Shown here: piece by piece, positions 24,001 through 36,000 of the stretch
Layout: each line of letters starts with the position of its first letter
Numbering within the stretch: position 1 is the stretch's first letter
Origin: Mobula hypostoma
Lineage: Eukaryota
NCBI RefSeq assembly: GCF_963921235.1
Contig: NC_086097.1
Coordinates: forward strand, 181,104,001 to 181,168,000
Length of the DNA: 64,000 nucleotides
Reading direction: 5' to 3'
Program-made: the position numbers and the translations under genes
Notes under the pieces: model-generated
Told to the model about the DNA's origin: nothing
Seen by the model: only the letters and a program-made list of their open reading frames with translations
Database searches by the model: none

Positions 24001-27000
24001 GAGAGAAAGAGAGCGCTCCATGGCAGAGTGTTCCAAAAATAGAAAATATAAAATGTACGTCACCCCAGACTACCCTAAAGTGTACCGCTGCCTAATAGGG
24101 GTCAAAAATAATGACAGTGTTGCTCGCTGCACTGTTTGGAACAGCGACTTTTCTATTGCCCATGGTGGGTTAAGACTGTAAAAGACATGTTGAGGTGAGT
24201 TTAACAGGTGTTATTCATTCATTAGCATAGCTAACATTATTTAAACTAGCTGGCTGCTGCGAAGGAGCTACTCTATTGCAGACATCCCACCTCTCCTGGA
24301 AGTTCCGGGAGTCTCCTGAAAATTGATAGTGCTATCTCCCTGAAATGAGTTTTTGCAGGGTGGGATGTCTGGTATTCTAACTGGTTGCATCACCAACTGG
24401 TACGCAGGGGCCACTGCACATGATCGGAAGCAGCTGCAGAAAGTTGTAAACTCAGCCAGCTCCATCATGGGCGCTAGCCTCTCCAGCATCCATGACACCT
24501 TTAAAAGGCGATGCCTCAAGAAGGTGGCATCAATTATGAAGCCCCATCACTCAGTAAATGTCCTCTTCTCGTTGTTAACATCAAGGAGGAAGTACTAGGA
24601 GGCTGAAGACACACACATAACCTTTCAGGACACCTCCTTCCCCTCCACCATCAGAGTCCTGAATGGACAATGAACACTACCTCACTATATATTTTTGCTC
24701 TTTTTGCACTACTTACTTAATTTTTTATATATATTGCAATGTACCACTGCCACAAAACAACATATGCCAATGATATTAAACCTGATTCTAATTCTGAAAA
24801 GGAGGAGACTCTAGGGAAGGTAACAAGAAATCTGAATTAAATTAATGCCCCAGAAGCAGACTGGGAGGTAGGGAGGCAGAGGGTTATCAGACTGGAAATC
24901 CCAAGATTATGGGATGGGTACCTGAAGGCACAGATCTAGAGTTCTGTGAGAACCAGCAACGTGGAGATCGTTGTAAAGTAAGCAAAAGCCAAGAACATGA
25001 AAATGCCTTTAATTGTTGGGGGAGTTGGAATTAATGAAGGTCACATTCAAAGGATCCACAAACAAGAAGTTCAATAGCAACCTGCCGAAGACTTGATCCA
25101 TCCTGTACCCACTCACCAAAACATCCACTCCTTCCACCACCAGCTCACTGTGGATAGTGCGTAATATCCATAGCCACCTAAGCCTTCTTCAACAGCACCT
25201 TTCCTGACAAGGGCACCAGGTGAATACAACACTTTCACCACCAAATTCTGGTTGAAGTTTCACATTACTTTGTGCCCAAGTTTGTGGATGATACCAAGAT
25301 AATTGGAGGGGAGGTAGTGTCGAGGAAGCATGGAGTCTGCGGAAGGACCAGGACAGATTTCGAGAATGGGTAAAGAAGTGGCGGATGAAAATACAGTGTA
25401 GCTAAGTGTATGGTCATGCATTTTGGTAGAAGGAATAGCGTAGACTATTTTCTAAAGAGAGGAGCAAATTCAGAATTTGGAGATGCAAACAGGGGTGTAG
25501 TGCTAGCCAGAGCGTGTCCGGCACCTCTTTAAGAAAAAAGCCAAAATAAACAAGCTAATTAATTAGGTGCCGCCCAGGGTGATTTGAGTATCTCAGAAAC
25601 TGCTGATCTCTTGGGATTTTTACGCACGACAGACTCTGGAGTTTACAAAGAATGGTGCCAAAAACAAAAAAACATTCAGCAAGTGGATTTAACAAGATGT
25701 TTTCACTCACAGAACAGCCACTCGCTGTTTTTTTTTGTTTTTTGGCATAATTCTTTGTAAATTCCAGTCTGTTGTGCATAAAAATCCTAGGAGATCAGCA
25801 GTTTCTGAGATACTCAAATCACCCTGGGCAGCACCTAATTAATTCGCTTGTTTATTTCGGCTTTTTTCTTAAAGAGGTGCCGGACGCGTTCCGGCTAGCA
25901 CTGCACCTGTGGATGCAAAGGGACGAGTCCTAATGCAGGACACCCTAAAGGTTAGCTTGCAGGTTAAATCGGTACTATGGAAGGCAAATGCAATGCTAGC
26001 ATTCATTTCATGAGGACTAGAATATAAAAGCAAGCATGTAATGTTGTTTCTTTATAAGGCATTGCTTAGACCATATTTGGAGTATTGTAAGCAGCTTTGG
26101 CCCCTATCTAATGAAAAATATGCTGGCATTGGAGAGGGTCCAAAGGAGGTTTAAGATCTCAGAGATGAAAGGGTTAATGTATGAGGAGCAACTGATAACT
26201 CTGGACCTGTATTAGGTGAAGGATGACAGGGGTGGGGACGGGTGCGGGGAAATCTCTCTGAAGCTTGAATATTGAAAGACCTGCATAGGGTGGACATGGA
26301 GAAGATGTTCCCAGTAGTGGGAGAGTCTAGGATCAGAGTGCACAGCCTCAGACCTGATTCTGATCCTGATAGTGATTATTATCAGTGACTTGTGTTGTGA
26401 AATTTGTTGTTTTGTGGTAGCAGTACATTGCAAATACGATAAGTTCTAATAAAGAATTAACAAATAAGCTGTGCAAAATAGTGAGGTAGAGTTCATGGGT
26501 TTATGGACCTTCATAAATCGGATAGACATCCCTTTCAAACAAAAATGGGGAATTTCTTCAGCAAGAGGGTATTGAATCTGTGGAAGTCATTGCTGTGTAG
26601 GTCAAGTAGGGTTTCAACAGTTAAGAGAAAGCTCAAGAAAAATAAATCAGCAATGATTGAATAGCAGAGAAAACTCAATGGGCCAAATGGCCTGATTCTG
26701 CTCTTATGGTCTTATGGATTCTGTTTATATTCTCGCTGCCTTTGTTAAGCAGCCAACATAATCAAAAACCACATTACTGCCACCCTTTCCCATTGGGCAG
26801 GAGATACAGAAGCCTGAAAGTACATACCACCAGGGTCAAGGACAGCTTCTATCCCAATGTTATAAAACTAGTAGATAGATGGACTCTTAACCTAGTTAAT
26901 CTACCTAGTTACAGCCTTTCATCTTATTGTCTACTTGCATTCCCCTACTCTGTGTCTGTAACATTTTATTCTGCATTCTTTTATTGTTTTCCCCTGTATT

Positions 27001-30000
27001 ATCTCAATGCACTGTTGTGATGAAATGAGCTATGTAGATGGCATGTAGAATAAAGACTTTCAGTATACCTTGGTACTTGTGACAATAATAAACCAATTTA
27101 CCAATTTACAGGTTCACCCCTATTGACTCTACTCACTACATGCTTGAAAAATTCTAGAAAATTCATCAAAAGTAATTCCATAAAAATATTGTCATCTTTG
27201 TTTTAATACATTAAACTTCAATAAGTAACCAGATATTTCTACATTAATTATAAACTCCAGCATCTGCCAACAACAGATGTTAGGCTAACAAAACTATACT
27301 TATTTCTTTTTTGTCTTTCTTGATCTCAAACAATGAAATCACATTTGTGGTTTTCTTTTCCACTAGAAAATTCCCCAACTCAGTAAGTTTTGTAAAACTT
27401 CAATGAATAACTCCACCATCTCTGTAGCTGCTTCCTTAATAATCCTCAGGAGCATGCTGTCAGGACCTGGTGATTTGTCTGCTTGTAACTGTCATTATTT
27501 CTTCTAATATTTTGCTATCTTGTCTATAGTAAAGTTGATTGCTGCAACTTCCTCTTTACTTGTTTGAATTAAGACTATCAAGTATCTTTTGGATACTTAC
27601 TGTGTTCTCCAACAAGATTTAGGCTGGTAAAAAGTATTGATTTAACTTAGCTGTCATCTCCTTGTTTCCTGGCAATAATTGCTCAGTCTCACTTTCCGTG
27701 GGTCCCACACTTTGCATCCATTTTTCCCTCCTTAAGTTTATAACCTGTCCCTACTGGTTCTTATAAGATACACAGTTGTTTTCCCTATCACTTACTACTT
27801 TGTATGTTTTAACTTTTGATTTAATATTTTCCTTCTCCTGCTTTGTTGAGTATGGGTATTCATCTTTCTCATGGAATCCCTCTTTTAAATTGGGAAAAAT
27901 TTCTGCTGAGCTTTAACTAGCTGTTTAAATATCTGCCACTGCTGATCCACTGAGCTTATTTGCCCAATCACACCAGACAACACTATACTCATACCTCTGT
28001 AATTGCTCTTATTAGATTTGAGGAGGTTATGGGCCCTGGGTGTTCGCCCTTGGACCGTGTGTCGGAACGTACAAAATTAGACATTTTCAAGAGTCTGCAT
28101 CCACTATTAAGGATCCTCACCATCTGGGACATGCCCCCTTCTCACAACTACCATCAGTGAGGTGGTACAGGAGCCTGAAGACTCCACACTCAATGCTGAA
28201 GGATAGCTTCTTCCCTTCTACCATCAGAAATCTGAATGGTCATGAAGTGATGGACACTACCTCATTATTCCTTTTTCTTGCATTACTTATTTATTGTGTA
28301 ATCTATATCTTTGCACTGCACTGCTGCCACAAAACAACAAAGGTCATGATAACCTGATTCTGATAAAATAGCTTGTTTCTATATAGTTCTGTAACATCTG
28401 CTAGGAGAAACTACTCAGTGCATTCCTCAAATTCTTCTTTCATGGTGCACTTGCCAATTTGATTAGTTAAATCAATATGGAAATTGAAATTACCCATGAT
28501 AATTGTAGTTCCCTTCTTATATGCCTTGATGTTTGGCCAATTATGCTTTGTCCTATTGAGAAGCAATATGTTGAGGCCTATAAACTACTCCTATCTGAGT
28601 CTTCCTTCCCCTGACATTACTTCCACTCAAATGGATTCCACATCACTGTCCAGTGCATCTATCATTAATACTCAGCATTACTTAACTGTCAAAGCTACCC
28701 CACATCTCTTCCCTTTTTGTCTATTCTTTTAGAATACTGAACAATGCCCAGTCTGATCATCCTGCAAGCGCACATCTGTAATAAACGTTAAACCATGATG
28801 TTGCTATTTATGCATCAACTCATCTATCTTGATACAAATCCTACAGTACGATTTGAATTGTTTCTCCAGATCAATAGGTTTGCTAGACTAATAGAGTAAA
28901 TGAATTGCTGTGCTGCTGTACAACCATAAACACTTCCTTCAATAGAAGGTCCGAAGTACAGAGGTAAGGGATAAGTTTTTTTTTACGCAGAGAGTGGTGA
29001 GTGTGTGGAATGGGTTACTGGCGGCGGTGGTGGAGGCGGAAACAATAGAGTCTTTTAAGAGACTCCTGGATAGGTACATGGTGCTTAGAAAAAGTAGAGG
29101 GCTATGGGTAAGCCTGGATAGTTCTGAGGTAAGGACATGTTCGGCACATCTTTGTGGGCCGAAGGGCCTGTATTGTGCTGTAGATTTTCTATGTTTCTCT
29201 ATGTTTTATCGCTCTCTGGATAAATTGGTTTGTGTTGAATTCCCAAGTGGATTTATTGGTGCGACTGGACATCCTCACAATTATAAGTAATTTTACTACA
29301 TCTGCCATATCAATCTCCTCTATTTGGGGCTCCACAGCATGGTGTAGAAATTAGGAACAATATTACGCATGTAGCCAAACCAGCTTTTTGTATATTTTCA
29401 TTAGTCAGTTCTGTCTCTTGAGAAATAAAACCTAATGCTTGGTTTACATAAAGGGCATATAGAGAGTGAAGAAACTCTGGGTTTTTTCCCAGGGCTGGGG
29501 AATCAAGAACTGTAAGGTATTAAGGTGAGAGGGAAGAGATTTAATAGGAATTTGAGAGCAACTTTTTTTTACGCAAAAGGTGGTATCAATGTGGAATAAA
29601 CTTCCAGAGGAAGTGATTGAGGAAGGTACATTAACAACTTTTTAAAAATACAGTTGGAAAGATTTGAAAAGGTTTAGAAGGATATGGGCCAAATGCAGCC
29701 TGATTAAGGATCTCAACCTGAAATGTTGACAGTCAACTTCCCTCTGCAGTTGCTGCCTCACCTGCAAAATTCCTCCCACTTTTTGTGTGTTATTTAAATC
29801 TATTATTCAAAGTTTAAAGTAAATTTACTTTCCAAGTACATATACATCACCATATACAATTCTGAGATTCACTTTCTTGCAGGCATACTCAGTAAATCCA
29901 AGAATCATAATAGAATCAATGAAAGACTGCACCCAACAGATCAGAATACAAACTGTTTAAATACAAAAAGGGAAAAAAAATAATAACAAATAAGAAATAA

Positions 30001-33000
30001 ATATTGAGAACATGAGATGACAAGCCCTTGAAAGTAAGTCCATAAGTTGTGGGAACAGTTCAGTGATGGGTCAAATGAAGTTGAGTGGTTATCCCACTGG
30101 TTAAAGAGCACAGTGGTGGAGGGGTAATAACTGCTCCAGAACATGGTGGTGTGAGTCCTAAGACTCCTGTATCTTCTTTCTGATGGCAGCAATGAGAAGA
30201 GAGGATGATCTGGGTGGTGGGGGTTCTTGATGATGGATGCTGCTTTCCTGCGACAGCACTCCATGTAAATGTGCTCAATGGTGGGGAAGGCTTTACCCGT
30301 GATGGACTGGGCTGTATCCAAAATATTTTGTAAGGTTTTCCATTCGATGGCATTGATGTTTCAATAGCAGGCTGTGATGCAACCAGTCAATATACCCTCT
30401 ACAACACATCTATTGAATTTTGTTAAAGTCTTAGACATCATACCAAATCTATGAAAAATTCTAAGCAAGTAGAGGCACTGCCATACTTTCTTCGTATTGG
30501 CACTTACATGCTGGACCCAGGACGGATCCTCTGAAATAATAACATTGAGGAATTTTAAGTTGCTGAACCTCTGCACCTCTGATTCCCTGATAAGGACTGG
30601 CTCATGGATCTAGTTTCCTCCTCCTGAAGTTAATAATCAGCTCCTCGGACTTGCTGACATTGAGTGAAGGGTTGTTGATGTGGCAGCACTCAGCCAGATT
30701 TTCAATCTCACTCCTATATTGTACTCATTGCTTACAATCTGGCCAATGACAGGGTGTCATCAGCATACTTAAATATGGCATTGGAGCTGTGTTGAGCCAC
30801 ACAGTCTGAAGTATAAAGTGAGTAGAGCAACACGCTCCTAGAAGACAGCAGCGTGGCTAATGTAGATGAACTGAACACACTGATGAAGGAGAGGGAGAAG
30901 TGGAGAGTCCGTCATCGTGCCCGACGCCAGCCCCCTAGGCCTGAGTCGACGTAGTAGTAGTAGTAGTAGAGCATGGGCCTAAGTGCACAGCTTTGTGGTG
31001 TACCTGTGCTGATGGAGATTTTGGAGGTGATGTTCTATTCCTCCTTTCAAGAATTCATTCATTGGTCACAGATGGCATTTTGGTATCCATCCCCATTGTG
31101 CTGTCTTCTGCTTTGGTTTCTAGATATTCTATTTCTTGTTACAATAAAGACTCTAAGAAATTTCCTACAACTGATTATGGATCCCTGGTCTATCTATCCC
31201 AGTTATTAAATACAAGAATTTCACTCTGCAATTCCTCCAATGATTAACATGTTTTAAATGAATTACTGTGCATGTGCAATAGCAGCTTGTTATTTCTTCC
31301 CAGGTACAAAGAAACCTCACCATACTTGTGCACATGACAATAAACTCAACTTGACTTTTAATATTCAAACCAGGGATTTTACCTAGCCGAAGTCCAATTA
31401 TTTTCATTACACTGCTTATTTTATTTGATCTTTTCCTCTAATGCCGAAAAAAACTTTTAACATACTTGGCAATATTCTGAGCAAAGCACAGCTATGTCCC
31501 TTCAAACAACCCAAATTAATACAGTTTAGCAACACTACCAAGCAACACACACAAAAAATGCCGGTGAACGCAACAGGCCAGGCAGCATATGTAGGAAGAG
31601 GTACAGTCGACATTTCGGGCCGGGACCCTTTGTCAGGACTAACTGAAAGAAGAGATAGTAAGAGATTTGAAAGTGGAAGGGGGAGATCTGAAATGATAGG
31701 AGAAGACAGGAGGGGAGGGGTGGATCTAAGAGCTGGAGAAGGGAGAGGATCATGGGACGGGAAGCCTGGGGAGAAAGAGAAGGGGAGGGGGAGCCCAGAG
31801 GGTGGAGAGCAGGCAAGGAGTTATAGTGAGAGGGACAGAGGGAGAAAGAGAGAGAGAAAAAACAGGGGAAAAATAAATATAAAAATATATTAAATAAATA
31901 AATAAGGGATGGGGTGTGAAGGGGAGGAGGGGCATTAATGGAAGTGAGGGAAGTCAGCATTCATGCCATCAGGTTGCAGGCTACCCAGACGGAATATAAG
32001 GTGTTGTTCCTCCAACCTGAGTGTAGCTTCACCTTGACAGTAGAGGAGGCCATGGATAGACATATCAGAATGGGAATGGGACATGGAATTGAAATGTGTG
32101 GCCACTGGGAGATCCTGCTTTCTCTGGCAGACAGAGCATAGGTGTTCAGCAAAACGGTCTCCCAGCCTGCGTCGGGTCTCGCCAATATATAGAAGGCTGC
32201 ACTGGGAGCACCAGACACAGTATATCACCCCAGCTGACTCACAGGTGAAGTGTTGCCTCACCTGGAAGGACTGTCTGGATGGTGGTGAGGGAGGAAGTGT
32301 AAGGGCATGTGTAGCACTTGTTCCGCTTACAAGGATAAGTGCAGAGAGGGAGATTGGTGGGAAGGGAATGGATTATTTTCTCCTATTGTGTATTTTTCTT
32401 GTAAAATTTGTGTATAACTTATATATATGTTTTTATTGTGAATTCTGTTTATTTGGTGCTACGTGCCTGTGATGCAGCTGCAAATAAGTTTTTCCATTGT
32501 ACCTGTGCATACATACTGTACACTTGTGTATATGACAATAAATTTGACTTTTACCTTTATATTTTCCTTGGTTGTTCTTTCCATCTCTTTCAATGTACTA
32601 CTGTGGCTTTCCAGTTCTGGCATCTCCCTATCTCTTTCAGTTACAGTAATAGCACCAATTGCCTCCCTCTCGCTAATATGTCCCTGCAACAGGGTACTCC
32701 GGCATTTCCCTGAGACAGTGTTTTCTGTCAATCTGTTCCTACTGGATGGGATTTACCCATGAATAAAATGACAGTACTTACAATTCAGTGTAAAGTTAGA
32801 TAATCCCTGGAAGATGCCAATTCCAAATCCTAGATACTGGTTGATATCCCTGGATTTATCCACTTCTTTTGAGTAAAGCCTTATAAAAACAATCACATCA
32901 GGAGTTAGTCAAGATATTCTCACCAGCAATATATTACATCCAATGATACACAGTCTGTATTCTCTCACTGATTCTATTAACTTGCATTACTTAAGGCATG

Positions 33001-36000
33001 ATCAACAATCAGCTCCTACACATATAGAGCACACTGGGGATGTAAGTAAAAGATTCTTTCCTGTGTAGTATTACCCTAATCCTGCATGACTTGTTATCAC
33101 CTTCCATCTCTTGACAATACATTGTCTCCATTACTTCAAGGCACGTGATTGAATTATTCCCAAATAATATTAACTTAGCATAGAAAACACATCAGCCCTG
33201 GGATGGTTCCCGTTTTTCCTTACTCAGTTTCCAGGTCTTCCATCGCAAATGCCTTCACTGTCCGTACGTTTCCTAGTGCCTCATCTGCCACACATGTTGC
33301 TTTGGCAACCTGCAATGATTTATTGAAAGAGATTCTAGATTAAATTAGTGAAGTTAGAAACTCAATTCCTGCACTTTTGGTATTAAATTCCAAAAGACAT
33401 TCAAGCACTTCAAAGGATGAATTTGTACAAATCATTCCAGTCGGTGGAAAAATAATAGTTTTGCACATTTTGTTTTAATTTTTCCTTACAACTTGAATCA
33501 CGATGAATGCAACATTAAGCTCTGGCTCCTAATTACCTTAATTAGCATGAAACTACTCAAATGGCATGAATACAGAGTAGGTACAGGAAAGCATAAAAGT
33601 GATGTGAAAATTCAGATCTGCTGCAGTACAGGGCACTTGGTGAGTCACACTCCTAATAATAGTGTAGAGAAATCATCACTATTTATCCAATCTGTGCTGC
33701 ATTTCCTAAATTATTTAATCATTCTTGGGATGTCTTTCTAAATGCCTCTTTAACTTTGCTTTTGTATCTGCTCCCACCACTTCCCCCGGCAGTGAGTTCC
33801 AGATACCTACCATTGTGCAGGTAGAAAAATTGCCCCACATATCCTCCTCAAACTTTCCACTCTCACTTTAAAGTTATGCTCTCTGTAGTAATTTGATATT
33901 ACTGCCCTGGGGGAAAAAACAACTTTATATTTGCATGTCATAATTTTATATACTTCTATCAGGTCACACCACAGCCTTCAGAGTAAACAACCTAAGTTTG
34001 TCTAACTTCTTCCTACAGCAAATATTCTCTAATCCGAGCAACATTCTGGCAAACCTTTTTTGCACCCTCTCTAAAGCTTCCAAGTCCTTCCTTTAATGTG
34101 ATGATCAGAACTGCACACAATACTCCAAATGTGGCCAAACCAAAGCTTTCTACAACTGCAACGTGACTTGACACCTTTTATACTCAATGGCCTAATTGAT
34201 GGAGGCAAGCATACCATATGCCTTCATTCCCACACTGTCCATTTGTGCGGCCATTTTCAGGGCACTAAGGGCTTTCACCCAAGATCCCTCAGCACTTCAA
34301 TTTTCTGAAGGGTCTTTTCCCCTAACATTTGACCTCCCAAAATGGATCTCCTCCCACTTGTACAGATTAAACTCCATTTGCCACTTCCTTTGCTGTTGTA
34401 TCTGATCTATATCCTACCGAATCTTTTGACAACCTGTCACATTATCCACACCTCCACAATATTAAATTGTTTATAAATGTACTAACTAGCAAAACTATAC
34501 TTTCATCGGGGTTTTTTATATATTTCACAAACTACAGGATTGAGGTTGCTCTGATGCCTGCGGAATACCACTAGTCACAGACCTCCAGTCACAACAGCAC
34601 TCCTCGAATTGCCCTGGGAATACTCAACAGGACGGTGTGGAGGAAATTTTGTGTTGTGTCTATAATGTTACAATATGCACTTTGGAAGCAAGTCTAATAG
34701 GTCTGTATCTAATTTGCCATATGTTCTGAAAATCAGCATTACCAGTGAATAACAAGTCATGCAGAGACCTCTGTCAGTGCACGACTTCATCACTTTCAAT
34801 TCTACTTGATAAGATATACCTGCCTTGATCCTGCATTTTGGTAGGGAGTATCTCTCCAGGCAATGCCCCCTGACAAGGCAACTCTCCCCTGATGTTGCTC
34901 TGCCTGTGCTCTACTACCTGGTTCTGCTCAAACTGTGCCATACCACCCCAATGCTGCTCTCCTGTCCTCATCTCCTCCTGTATTGCCCCTGACAGGGTAC
35001 TCTTCCACCAGTACCAGCCCTCTGAAAATAAAAGCCTCCAGCTTTACCACAGTGGTGAAGTTAGGCTGAATTATGAGTGCCATTCTTGGAATCTGGAACA
35101 GATGTCAACTCCCTAGGCTGCTGACTCAGAAAGAAGTGTGGCAACCACTGAGACCCTGAGGGCTCAATGTTGACTTTGTTTCCAACTGCTATTTCAATAT
35201 TTAATTACCTTGAGCATTTCATCCCTTTATCCTCTTTTAACTAATTCCCATATGTTCTGCTGAACACTAATCTCCTTCGAGACACTCCCATTACAGTATA
35301 TTGGTGGTCCAGCAATTCACTGGGCCAAAATATTTTCTGTACAATTCAGTTGGCCCAGTGCTAACAATGTGTAAGCACATCTGACCTTTAAATCTTGGTA
35401 TGGCGACTTGGTATGACAACTGCTCTGCATGTGACTGCAAGAAACTGCAGAGAGTTGTGGAAACAGATCAGCACATCACAGGAACCAGTTTCTCCTCTGT
35501 GGACTCTGTCTATACTTCTTGCTGCCTCGTTCCATCATCAGAGACCCACACCAGCCAGATCGTGCACTCTTCTCACTGCTGTCATGAAGAAGGTTGTACA
35601 GGAGCCTCAGGACTCACACCACCAAGTTCAGTAACAGTTATTACTCCTCAACCATGAATCTCTTGAACTCAACTTCACTTGCCCTATCACTGAACTTTTC
35701 CCATAACCTATGGACTCACTTTCAAGGAGTCTTCATCTCCTGGTCTCTATATCTATTGCTTATTTAGGTTATTATTATTTCTTTTTTTTTGTACACTGGT
35801 TGACCGCCCTGTTGAGTGAGGTCTTCCATTGATTCTATTATGGTTATTGGATTTACAGAATATGCCCACATATTCTCCTGTCCAATCAGGCAGAAGATAC
35901 AAAAGCCTGAAAACATGTACCATCAGACTCAAGTTCAGTTTCTATCCCTACTATCACACTCTTGAACAAATCTCTTGTATGGTAAAATGGACTTTTGGCC

